Origin: a virus
Reading direction: 5' to 3' (one strand)
Length of the DNA: 64,000 nt
Virus record (IMG/VR): IMGVR_UViG_3300044695_004134
Coordinates: 1 to 64,000 of that record
This document shows positions 31,701 through 40,947 of this stretch, one piece after another. The position numbers and the translations under genes are program-made. Numbering within the stretch: the first letter of the stretch is position 1; every line of letters begins with the position of its first letter. The notes under the pieces were generated by a model, which had not been told where the DNA came from, made no database searches, and saw nothing but the letters and a program-made list of their open reading frames with translations.

Positions 31701-34700
31701 GCCTTCCAGACTGTCGTGTGACAGAGTATTCTGTACCAGTTGTTCCCACCCAATCTGTTACTTCCAATGTATTCAGTGTATTACCCTGTCTCCATAGGGT
31801 TGTAGTAGGATCAACAATCAGAATATCTGGCTGTCTTTCATTATCAATCCACATATCCATGGCAGGATTAATATTTAAAACGCCATCTTCAACAACTACA
31901 GCAAAGGGATTTAAACTAACCGCAACACTCGCAAGTTTTTGTGAAACTAAATTTGCTGTTGTGTATGGTAGTGTTATAACGCTTGATGCTCCACCAGTTT
32001 TAGAATGATACTTGTATGAAAGCCCAGCTTCTGCGGCCGCCGAAAGATTACCATAAGCATTCAGTGCATTCAAATTAAACAACGGAGCATTCAACACACG
32101 TTCTGGTGCAGTCATCGTTGTCAAACGTTTGTTTATCTTTGCATAATAATCTTCATTTGAAATATCGGTTACCGAAAACCCAGTGAAGTTGTCAACAAGA
32201 ATACCATTTTTAAAACGGTTTAAACCGTTTGCATCAGGAACTTGCAAGTCAGATGCTTGCTTTTCTAATAAACTTAATGATGTATAGTATTCAATATTGT
32301 TGACACGGGTTTGCAAGTCTGAAATGTCTTGCATTCTCCATCTCTTATGTTGAACTTTTTCAATAGAGATATTAGGTAAATAATTTGTGCTTTGACCCGG
32401 TAGATACGCAGTATATGGATCAAGAGACAATTTAGCCAACAACAAACTACCTTCTGGTTGTGTTGGGAAAACTGGTCTATTTTCTGCTTTACCGCGGATA
32501 AGTTTAAACTTGTTATCTGTCGTTAAAATCAATAAGTCTTTTCTACCCAAGTAGTGACTGTAATCAGTAATAAATGTACTTGAATCAACGGGTAATAATG
32601 CACCACCAGTTGAGGTAACTGAAGTCGAATATCTGAATTCTAATGCTGCTTGTGCATTCACGGCGCTTAATCGATAATCTATACAATCTCTAAGGTTATA
32701 AGTAATACCGGATGTTTTTGCGGTGTATGTACCTATTTCTGCATAATTTTCTGGATTAGATGACACACCACCATCACCTGCACCCAGATAAGAGTTAATG
32801 CTGAAGTAACCGTCACCACCTGCGTGTTGATAGTAGTTTACCAACACAAGTAAATTTCCCTTAGGTGTTGGTGCACCTCTTTTCAAACTAATAGATGCGT
32901 GCCCATAGTATGAATCTGTTTGCCCATTATCTAATATAAAATTCTGTGTTACATCATATGCCAAATTAGAAAGCATAGCATCTATTGCAACAATACTTGG
33001 CGCGCCAGTATCTATAATTTTAACAATGTTTTTAACGTCAGCTATGTATAGTGACTGTGATGATCCAGGTCGTACTTGATTTAGACTCGGAATATAAACT
33101 TGCCCGTGGGTCAAATCAACTTTAATGCCGCCAACATTTGTACCCGTAATGTTTACACCGGTTGTATTTGCTTGAATTAAATTCTTAATTTTTAATGCTA
33201 TAGCTGTTGTGCCAGCATCTGTAATTGCACTTCTAGCTAAGATTGTTCCAGTGAAAGTTGAACCTCCTGCTGTTAAGGTTGCAATTTTTTTCGACACATC
33301 TAATGCGATAGTATTGGTACTAGTAAAATTAATAATTTGCCCGTTATTGAACGAACTTGATCCTTTGTCCGTTACGATAACAACCCAATTATCTTTTGCC
33401 TCTGTCGAGGATTGAGTAGCACTCGCTGAACCTACAAACGTGGCATCAGTGCCAGATAATGAGAACGTTGCGACACCAGATGCAAACGACACACCACGTG
33501 ACATTTTCCAAGATTGATATGTTTCATCATTCAAGTTGTAAACGTATGGATACCCAATATTAAAAATTAACTCAGGTGATGTTGGATTTCCAATAACTGT
33601 TGGTAGTGTGCTAACACCAGAAACTATACCGTCAGTCTTACTTAATGGATCAACACCCGCAAATGTTGCCACTGAAATTCCTGATGATGGAGGTACTGTC
33701 AGCAAATTAAAATTGGCTACATCAAATCTCAAACTAAAATTAGATGAGCTTGTTGGTATGATAGTGAAAGGTGAATCTACTGTAGCAGTTTTTGTTGTGC
33801 CATTATATGAAATAATTTTTCTAACATCACCGGCGGATGTTCCAGAATCAATAGAAATTGTTGCATTTATATATGCATTATCAACTGCACTGAATTTACT
33901 ACCCGTATTATTAAATTCTATAGTAGTTGAAGTTCCCGAAACGGCCGCAGCAGTCAATGTGTTAGCTTTAATATCGGAAATATATGCTTTGTAAATATAT
34001 GTTCTAGTATTTGCATTGTCGGATGCAGATTCAAACTCTAAGCCTCTTAGATATGCTGAACCCGCTTTGGTGGAATTATATGTAGTTGCATTTGTTATAT
34101 CTATAGATGTATTTGTATTGGCTGCATGAAAATCAACTTGAATAACCTTAGTAACATCAAGTACACCAGTAACATCATTAACATACAAATAGTTACCATA
34201 GTCCAGTGTCATATTATTGTTATTAATAAGTTCAGTTTCTCTCGCTCTCGATGTTTCAAGTGTGCTGTCGAGAGAAGATTCGACACGATAGCCTTTTACA
34301 TATGCTACACCGGCACCGATATTAAGTTTATATGTGGTAGAATTCTCGGTGTTTGCAGTTGGTGTTATCTTAAAATCATTGACAATAAAATCACCATTTG
34401 TATCATAAGTTCTTTTTGCAAAGTAGTCGTTGATAACTCCGTAGACTGTGCCATCAACCAGACGTTGAATAACACCTCCAGTAATTCTTGTCAATTCAAT
34501 AAAATTACTATCAGCACCAGTAGTAATGTCTTTAGTATCTAACGTCAATGTGATTGTATAGCGGTCTGCTCCTGGTGCCTGGTAGTTTGTAGCACCTACA
34601 GCAGGATCTAAAAGATTTGGATCAGTTACGTAATCAGAAACAAACTCAGAGATAGATAACCCGATACGTTTAGTTGGTGTGTTACCAAACTTTTGTACAA

Positions 34701-35301
34701 TAATGGTTTGAGGTTGTACAGAAACAAAGTTACCAATTGAATAACGAGAATATGTTCCATCATCATTTTGAACATCAGAGAATGAATAACCATTCACGAT
34801 ATAAAAAACACCTTCTGAAATAGAAGCTGTTGTAGCCAAGCCAGTAAAGTTAGTTGCAACAATTTGTGCAATAGATGATGTGCTTGAAGAGTATACTAGA
34901 TCACCTGCCGAAAATTGATTGCCTGACAAATATGTAACAATCAATGTTGGTGCATCAACTGATGTAGCTTCTTCTGTAGCAATAACTTTAGCAAAAATGG
35001 TGCCCGTGGCGTCCACGATTACCTGATTTAAAAAATCTGATGCAACAATGTCGTTATCATTATATGTTGTATTAAGTTTCAAATAAATTGCGTTTGTATT
35101 AACAGTAACCTGCCCGCCAGTGACAGGTGTATTCTGTTTAAAAATATGGTCGGCGAATTTAGTGATCTGATCTTGTAGAATCGTTTGCGATTGCGTCAGT
35201 TCTCTAGCCTGCACTGCGCGACCAGGTCTAAACAAAATTCTATGATAGTTGTTATTTGGGTCGAAATCGTCAAAGTATGGATCGACATTGAAATTAAGCA
35301 T
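28735..35301 (-). CDS. Large baseplate/virion structural protein, VrlC/DUF4815-like
   Basis: N-terminus NVDPYFDDFD...ILFRPGRAVQARELTQSQ; APGADRY; RFKNGILVDNF; DPIAQTF. Confidence 0.85.
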   Translation of the reverse strand: MLNFNVDPYFDDFDPNNNYHRILFRPGRAVQARELTQSQTILQDQITKFADHIFKQNTPVTGGQVTVNTNAIYLKLNTTYNDNDIVASDFLNQVIVDATGTIFAKVIATEEATSVDAPTLIVTYLSGNQFSAGDLVYSSSTSSIAQIVATNFTGLATTASISEGVFYIVNGYSFSDVQNDDGTYSRYSIGNFVSVQPQTIIVQKFGNTPTKRIGLSISEFVSDYVTDPNLLDPAVGATNYQAPGADRYTITLTLDTKDITTGADSNFIELTRITGGVIQRLVDGTVYGVINDYFAKRTYDTNGDFIVNDFKITPTANTENSTTYKLNIGAGVAYVKGYRVESSLDSTLETSRARETELINNNNMTLDYGNYLYVNDVTGVLDVTKVIQVDFHAANTNTSIDITNATTYNSTKAGSAYLRGLEFESASDNANTRTYIYKAYISDIKANTLTAAAVSGTSTTIEFNNTGSKFSAVDNAYINATISIDSGTSAGDVRKIISYNGTTKTATVDSPFTIIPTSSSNFSLRFDVANFNLLTVPPSSGISVATFAGVDPLSKTDGIVSGVSTLPTVIGNPTSPELIFNIGYPYVYNLNDETYQSWKMSRGVSFASGVATFSLSGTDATFVGSASATQSSTEAKDNWVVIVTDKGSSSFNNGQIINFTSTNTIALDVSKKIATLTAGGSTFTGTILARSAITDAGTTAIALKIKNLIQANTTGVNITGTNVGGIKVDLTHGQVYIPSLNQVRPGSSQSLYIADVKNIVKIIDTGAPSIVAIDAMLSNLAYDVTQNFILDNGQTDSYYGHASISLKRGAPTPKGNLLVLVNYYQHAGGDGYFSINSYLGAGDGGVSSNPENYAEIGTYTAKTSGITYNLRDCIDYRLSAVNAQAALEFRYSTSVTSTGGALLPVDSSTFITDYSHYLGRKDLLILTTDNKFKLIRGKAENRPVFPTQPEGSLLLAKLSLDPYTAYLPGQSTNYLPNISIEKVQHKRWRMQDISDLQTRVNNIEYYTSLSLLEKQASDLQVPDANGLNRFKNGILVDNFTGFSVTDISNEDYYAKINKRLTTMTAPERVLNAPLFNLNALNAYGNLSAAAEAGLSYKYHSKTGGASSVITLPYTTANLVSQKLASVAVSLNPFAVVVEDGVLNINPAMDMWIDNERQPDILIVDPTTTLWRQGNTLNTLEVTDWVGTTGTEYSVTRQSGRQVTTTTYEDQQRQTVTGNYDKVSSVSGNFITDVSVQPYIRGQNLILRAEGMKINTPVSVYFDGTKVDEYIIYPNVIELSEVYGTFEAGDVVGFVSSGTFVPTARVISVTKLSSTSVRLYVSSDNKSQSAYSPTNQLISGKFSTSGVYTGTPNANGIYSSASSAQISLSGQVAAATAGSSSTLPGGATYKTGTNLVTLSSMASSVDDYYNGSTIRITTVNQRQVTKTGYRADTVWDFDWDGNWFTRVIQTPFDFIEFQTFNETFTATISDYVGSTKVATLSNVVNVSLGNNKATPGGQATAANSTYSIVGTQFLMTQATSSQKVPKLSTDEYGNFTALLQLPGGTFKTGDKTIRIDNRATDTTPATATTFAQGVFTASSLATKSTSLNFGGTIQAAAKNNVFTATQERLNQVINTVTFTVDPIAQTFIIDQATYPNGAFISSIKVYFRTKPTGTSAVPVKLYITDTLNGYPNGQILDGSLVTKTAQQINVSLNPQYLDSSTYTEFTFDAPVYIRAGNLYAFILQTTSADYTVWTAAQNSIAVASSVKNLPTDSTPTVITKIGGSPYIGALFESQNGITWTADQTKNLMFIIDNCVFNTAATPTVQYVVPKKIPLRKKVSNDLEYISNANTASNINGTLYAEDFKVDAFNITTTDFSPTDTELSYTYRPSLYSSYAADTTRNVQPGKFGTAMPDNIYLDDGKGSRVLDANSSSSFVVTATLSSDDKYVSPVLSDDGLSVYSIQYSINNMSLANTDVLVTSGNTAGVTAIYTLDGDGKANVSATISAPTSIGGQQANAIANLVTNGVGGYIVDKIIFDIPGSGYITTPTITIAANGTGSLATAIVKGETSSSGGNGIAKYITKKVVLTPGNDSGDLRVYYTAYKPVGSSILVYYKIQNRNDTEKFEDQTWKIMTETEGSNSFSLSRDDLREFVSSPGTNNIPDNKISYTSTSGLTYNQFSQFAIKIVLATSDSTRTPVLHDLRVLALPSGA

Positions 35302-35310
35302 TTTTTTCCT

Positions 35311-36687
35311 TTAGTATCCTAGAACCAGTTTAAAAATTTCAGAACCATCTGCGTTTCTTTGCACAGGCTCTCTGTTTTCTAAGTAGGTTAAATATCCGGA
35401 GAATGTTATGAAATCTGGTGGTGTTTGTTGCAATACAACTCTCGATGTGCCTGATGTGACACCATATAAAACTGCACTATTGTTTGCATTCCCGAGTGTA
35501 TTTATTAACCTTACCGTATTGGTTGGAGAATTATAACTCAAAACTGTAGCAGTAAATGTTGCAGACGCTAACAAACCATTAGGTGATTGATACACCGTTT
35601 CATCTGGTGTGTACGCACCGAAACCTTGAGACACTCCGAAGTTGGTCGTTGCACTATATATGTCTGCACTAGCTCTTTGTATGGTTGTACCAACACGGGC
35701 CAGTGGATTCACAAGCAATCCGATCTGTCTAAAATCTATATCTGTTGGTAAATTTCCATTTTCATCTCTATTGAAACGAGCAGTCAACATAATATGCTTT
35801 GCTCCCAATTCAGTTGCAGGATTGTATCCGTGCCCGCCAATCGGTGACGTTGGAGCAATAGCAGTGGCGTTTGATCCGGTTGCAGATGTGATTGTTACAC
35901 TTGAATAAGAATAATTTGACCCTGTGTTTGCTACTACAATATCGTTGATTGAGCCGGCAACAACAACAGCATTTGCAGATGCGAATTGCCCATCACCAGT
36001 AATGGTCACTGTGATGGGTGAAGTTGCTGGATCATAACCGCTTCCGCCGTTTGTTACATTAATAACATCAATACTACCATAGCCAGAAAAAGTTGAAACA
36101 GGATTCGGCACAGTTGTTGATATGGGAATAGGCATCCATGCATCATCCATAAACTTCAGTTTACTGCCGGAAGTTATAGTGTACATATATTTCCACTTAT
36201 AATCGTCAGCGCCTTGAAATATTTGATTCGCATTAAAATTTCCAGGCTCAAAGAATGGTTCTGTGCTTACTACACCACCAGAATTGTTCCATAGGCACTT
36301 GAATACTTGATCGAAACGATTCTTGACATAAAATCTTCTTAATATTGTTCCGTTTGGTTCAAGTGCAAACATATCAATATCATCTCTATAGTAGTCATAC
36401 ACTTGGCCAGAAGCCCAATCAATTCTCTCTATCACAGGAGACATATCTGAGGAAGTAATTCTCTTAGCAACAAAAATATTCTTGAAAGTTTCTTTCAAAT
36501 TCTTTTGATCTTCCGTTGGTGCTGGCGGAATAGTATCGACTGGCCATGCCTTCACACGTGAGAGAAAACAATATAAGCTACCAAAAAGTTCCCCTGTCGT
36601 TGAAATTGTTGCAGTGGGTGAATAATAAACCGTCGAGGCTTGATAATAACCATTATTATTTGTTAGAATACCTGTGTTTGCTGACAT
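35311..36687 (-). CDS. gp8: Baseplate wedge subunit
   Basis: VFKCLWN, DDYKWKYMYT, GGHG...ELGA, FRQIGLLVNP, YLENR. Confidence 0.88.
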   Translation of the reverse strand: MSANTGILTNNNGYYQASTVYYSPTATISTTGELFGSLYCFLSRVKAWPVDTIPPAPTEDQKNLKETFKNIFVAKRITSSDMSPVIERIDWASGQVYDYYRDDIDMFALEPNGTILRRFYVKNRFDQVFKCLWNNSGGVVSTEPFFEPGNFNANQIFQGADDYKWKYMYTITSGSKLKFMDDAWMPIPISTTVPNPVSTFSGYGSIDVINVTNGGSGYDPATSPITVTITGDGQFASANAVVVAGSINDIVVANTGSNYSYSSVTITSATGSNATAIAPTSPIGGHGYNPATELGAKHIMLTARFNRDENGNLPTDIDFRQIGLLVNPLARVGTTIQRASADIYSATTNFGVSQGFGAYTPDETVYQSPNGLLASATFTATVLSYNSPTNTVRLINTLGNANNSAVLYGVTSGTSRVVLQQTPPDFITFSGYLTYLENREPVQRNADGSEIFKLVLGY

Positions 36688-36699
36688 TATATAATCCTA

Positions 36700-37977
36700 T
36701 TAAGTGCCCACAACCTGAACAAGAACGTTCGCAGTATCTGTTCCGAAACACATATACTTTGCAACGATTGTTGATGTTGATGGGTGTGCGAACGTAGTTG
36801 AGTTTGTTGTTGAGTTGAGTGCTGAACAACCGTGTGTGAAAGTTCTGTTTGACCCCGAAGTATTTGTCATCCAAAGTTCCACTTGTTTACCTGGAACAAA
36901 GTTTGAGAAAGACACTGCATAATCGGCTGCAACGTTGGCACGAAGAACGGCATTGTTTGCAAAGTCAATTGTGATTGCAGTTTGTGCGGCCTCAAAAAGA
37001 CGAGGTGCATAAACAAAACCTTTTTCGGGGTAAACATAACCGTCAAAGTGTACAGCATCACCATTAAAAGATGCAATTTCTTGAACTGTATTTGTACCAG
37101 TTCGAATGTTATAGAACTTAATCATTGAGCCACGTGCAGAGTCTGTATAGTTCTCTGTAGCAAGAATATCAATACGTGCAACACCAAGTGGTGCAAAACC
37201 TGTTGTACCCCATCCGTTACCGGCCATTCGCATCAACACATCATTGTTCTGTGTTGCTGTTGGTGAAGCTACTGTACCACGTCCAGAACGTCCAGCAACT
37301 AGGCTATAAGCTGAACCATCTGTACTAAATGAATCATATATGATGCGAGCAGGTGTATTTGGCCTACCAGTAACATGTATCATTGTTCCAGATTGAGAAA
37401 GTGGTTGTACAGTTGCTGTTGCTTTGATGGTGAGTGCCGCTTCTGTTGCACCAAACGTAGAGTTTGCCAATACGAATGTACCATTAACGAAGCCATCACC
37501 TGAGATGTAAAAATCACCAGTAGTTGCAACACCATTTGTATTTGCAAGTAGTGTAGCAACGTTAGCCGATATTCTTGTGTTGATCACAGAGTTGGCTGAT
37601 GTTGCATTGGATGTAATCTCACCACGTAAAGTAGCCACGTTAGCGGAGATGTTGGTATTGATAACCGAATTAGCACTTACTGCATTAGCAGTAATCTCAC
37701 CACGCAAGGTGGCTACGTTAGCAGAGATGTTGGTATTGATAACCGAGTTGGCTGATGCAGCATTAGCGGAAATTCTTGTATTGATCACAGAGTTAGCCGA
37801 TGCCGCATTAGCCGTTATTCTTGTATTGATATCTGAATAGATTCCATCCGTGAGTGTCGCGTATGTAAACTTACCAGTAACGTCTGTTGGAATATCAACA
37901 CCTACGAATATGGTATTTTCTGGGTCCACATCAAGCGTGTTAATTTCCGGTAATTCTGTGATTTTTACTGTTGACAT
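36700..37977 (-). CDS. Virion structural/fibre-like protein
   Basis: VKITELP N-terminus, short ANSVINT repeats, beta-rich C-terminus. Confidence 0.7.
   Translation of the reverse strand: MSTVKITELPEINTLDVDPENTIFVGVDIPTDVTGKFTYATLTDGIYSDINTRITANAASANSVINTRISANAASANSVINTNISANVATLRGEITANAVSANSVINTNISANVATLRGEITSNATSANSVINTRISANVATLLANTNGVATTGDFYISGDGFVNGTFVLANSTFGATEAALTIKATATVQPLSQSGTMIHVTGRPNTPARIIYDSFSTDGSAYSLVAGRSGRGTVASPTATQNNDVLMRMAGNGWGTTGFAPLGVARIDILATENYTDSARGSMIKFYNIRTGTNTVQEIASFNGDAVHFDGYVYPEKGFVYAPRLFEAAQTAITIDFANNAVLRANVAADYAVSFSNFVPGKQVELWMTNTSGSNRTFTHGCSALNSTTNSTTFAHPSTSTIVAKYMCFGTDTANVLVQVVGT
37555..37830. repeat. Coding repeats ANSVINT(R/N)ISAN
   Basis: Four copies visible in the translation, two extended by VATLRGEIT. 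Confidence 0.8.
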
Positions 37978-37980
37978 TTT

Positions 37981-40947
37981 TTATCCTAAAATAAGTTCTC
38001 TGTTGTCTTGTGTTACAATGTTAAATCCATCTTGTGTTAACAATTGTGGATAAAAAACTGTACCTAATGAATTAAAGAACTGTACATTTGATGTTGCTAA
38101 AGTTCTTCCTATTGAAATATTGGCCGAGTTGGAACTAAATGGTATGGTTGTGTTAGCAAAAATAACATTGTTTGCATAACTAACAAAAGTTACCGTGCCA
38201 TGGAACGTGCTTGCACCATCCACAACTCTAATTCTATCTCCAATGAATACAATATCACGCATCTTGTTTGCTGTGTTACTGTATTGCCCATTGTTTATAA
38301 CATCATATTGATTTGTCACCGACAATATATTTATTCTATTGTTGGAAGTGAGTACGTTTGCTGTTGCAACGTTCGCAAATGATAAGTATACATTGTCACG
38401 AATGACTGCTGTATTACTTATATTATTTACAGATATAATTTCTGAGTATACGTTTGGACCATTGTTCTGTATCAAAGATATGATTGAACCGGGTAAAGCA
38501 ATATCTTCAATGTCAGCACCAACAAGAGAATCAAATTTAATAATGTTGTTGCTCGGTCTTTCAAAGTTGGAGTACATTGAAGCAGTTGAACCCGCATCAC
38601 CTGTATAAAAACCAAGTGTGTGTGTATTTGCTTGATGAGTTTCTCTGTGAACATTAATTTCTTCTTGAGATTTCAAAGCATTCGTTGTAACAACTTTTGT
38701 TCCAGATGGATGTAGAAGTTTAAACAATACTTCTTTGTATGCATCAAAAGATTTTTGTACAGTAAGATTATACGTAAAGTTATTGAAATCTTGGCTCTCT
38801 AAAACTTGGTTTGAACTTGCGAAGCCATCATCGTTTAGATATTGACCAGTACCGATAATGAGACCATTTAAAAATCTTGCCGTTGCTTGCGCTGCACCAT
38901 TACCATATGTCCTGATGCCGTTTCTAAAGATATCTTCGTCAGTTTCTGTATCTTTTACATTATAAGTTGTATCTAAATCCAAATATAAGTTAGCACCAAT
39001 AGCCCTATCTGTAGATTTCAATTGCAAATTAATTCCAGAAATTTTAGTATTAGATGTATAGTTATATACTCTCAATAAATATTTTGAATTTGCTGCAACG
39101 GCATCTGATTGTAACAATGTAACAGAGTCAACAAACGCTCTGAACACCGATGTGTTTACGTTTGCACCTTGATAAATTAAATCACCACTTCTAATAACAT
39201 CTGATGGTGAAACATTCGTTATCACTAAATCTCTAACCTTCAAAGAAATATTGGGTGCAGAAATATAATCTTCACCGAAATTTTCAATAACAAAAGATGT
39301 GATAGCACCAATACCACGTTCGTCTGCTATAGGAAGTAATTCTGCACCAGCACCTAGAACTGTGTTCACACGAAGTTGTGCGCCTGAACCACCTGAAGTC
39401 TGCACAGTAAGTGTCGGTAAATTTGTCTGTTTATAACCTAACCCATTTTGTGGATATGTTGTAACCTCATTTGCATTGTTCGAATAAGTATATTCTGTGG
39501 ATATAATCGAACCTGTCGCATTCACTTTTACATTTGCGGAAGCTCCAACACCACCTGCGGAGTTAGTGAATTGAATAATATCACCGTCAGCATATCCTAT
39601 TCCTGGTGTAACAATTTGAATTGGTCCCAACATACCCAAAGAAGGTAATATCCCTTTGATTTTCAAACTCTCTGTTGTCTGTGGGTCTGTTGTGTCATAT
39701 AAAGAAAGCGCAGAGACTGAGGGTAATGTACGATAACCACCGCCGCCATTATTTAAAATAACCGATGATATTGGATATGTGGAAAAACCAACAAAGGTAA
39801 AAGCATTAGCCAAAGAACAAACAGAATTTGCTGAATTGTTTGCTGGAAAAAATGGATAGGCGACTGCATCAATTCTTGTCGTAGAGAATAATGAAGTGCT
39901 CATGAAGTTTTGTGGTACAAATGCCACATTAATTTCACCGGCAGGGTCAACAGAACCTACGTTTGCAATTGCACCTGAGCCGCCGCCACCGGTGATACGT
40001 ATAAAAGTGTTTGGATCTGGCCTATATCCATATGACCCGTTTATAACAGTAATGTCACGTAATGAACCAGAAGTTGTTTCCAATACGAATGCACTTGCAC
40101 CAATACCATTCGCAGAATTTAAACCACCGTAGAAAATTACTGGGTCTCCGGAATATGTTGGTGTTCTTCCTTTGTACAGTTGACCTCTTCTCTGTGAGTT
40201 AACGTTAACAGCAGAAATAGAACCAAGAAGTTTAGCTCGCAGTGGTGTTGCACCCACAGTATTCGAAGAAACTACTTCAGAATCTTTAAAATATAGAATT
40301 TGATTATTATTATCTACTACGACAACATCTTCACCCGAAATGAAAAGTCTTTCAAGGTTTTCAATATAAACTTCTGTTCTATTTCCTACTGCAATACTTT
40401 TTTCAACTGTCGCAATTGATTTGGAAGTTTCACCAAAAACTCTATAATTACTTATTGATAACCACTGTTCATCATTCGTAGCAAGACGCAGGCTTTTGGT
40501 TACATACCATTTACCATCAGATGCTTTAAAGATTACATCACGTGTCAAGAAAATTTCAGCATCTGAATTATATAATGCACGAAATAAAAATTGATAAGAT
40601 GCTGGTGTACCTTTAGTAGAATATAATTCTTTGGCTATTCTAATCAATTTACTTTTGTCACTCAGCGCATCGGCTGGAAAATTAGGTAAAAACTGATTTA
40701 CATAGTAATCAATAAACTTGTTGAATGATTCGCCTTGTTCAACAAAATTTACATCTTGGTAGTTTTGTAGATTTTGTGTACCATAAATGACACCATCTTT
40801 TTGAGAACCAGAACCTTGTTGTTCCATCCATTCATAGTATGCTTGTATGAATGAAACGAAAGTTTTATAGTTATCATCAGACCTGATAAATTCAGGTAGC
40901 TGATACGGTACTTTTAATGAAGTTTTTTTGGCGAAATCCGTGGTCAT
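37981..40947 (-). CDS. gp7: Baseplate wedge initiator, gp7-like
   Basis: QLPEFIR...FIQAYYEWME, YSTKGT, ASDGKW, LLHPSG; lies between gp6 and gp8. Confidence 0.75.
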   Translation of the reverse strand: MTTDFAKKTSLKVPYQLPEFIRSDDNYKTFVSFIQAYYEWMEQQGSGSQKDGVIYGTQNLQNYQDVNFVEQGESFNKFIDYYVNQFLPNFPADALSDKSKLIRIAKELYSTKGTPASYQFLFRALYNSDAEIFLTRDVIFKASDGKWYVTKSLRLATNDEQWLSISNYRVFGETSKSIATVEKSIAVGNRTEVYIENLERLFISGEDVVVVDNNNQILYFKDSEVVSSNTVGATPLRAKLLGSISAVNVNSQRRGQLYKGRTPTYSGDPVIFYGGLNSANGIGASAFVLETTSGSLRDITVINGSYGYRPDPNTFIRITGGGGSGAIANVGSVDPAGEINVAFVPQNFMSTSLFSTTRIDAVAYPFFPANNSANSVCSLANAFTFVGFSTYPISSVILNNGGGGYRTLPSVSALSLYDTTDPQTTESLKIKGILPSLGMLGPIQIVTPGIGYADGDIIQFTNSAGGVGASANVKVNATGSIISTEYTYSNNANEVTTYPQNGLGYKQTNLPTLTVQTSGGSGAQLRVNTVLGAGAELLPIADERGIGAITSFVIENFGEDYISAPNISLKVRDLVITNVSPSDVIRSGDLIYQGANVNTSVFRAFVDSVTLLQSDAVAANSKYLLRVYNYTSNTKISGINLQLKSTDRAIGANLYLDLDTTYNVKDTETDEDIFRNGIRTYGNGAAQATARFLNGLIIGTGQYLNDDGFASSNQVLESQDFNNFTYNLTVQKSFDAYKEVLFKLLHPSGTKVVTTNALKSQEEINVHRETHQANTHTLGFYTGDAGSTASMYSNFERPSNNIIKFDSLVGADIEDIALPGSIISLIQNNGPNVYSEIISVNNISNTAVIRDNVYLSFANVATANVLTSNNRINILSVTNQYDVINNGQYSNTANKMRDIVFIGDRIRVVDGASTFHGTVTFVSYANNVIFANTTIPFSSNSANISIGRTLATSNVQFFNSLGTVFYPQLLTQDGFNIVTQDNRELILG

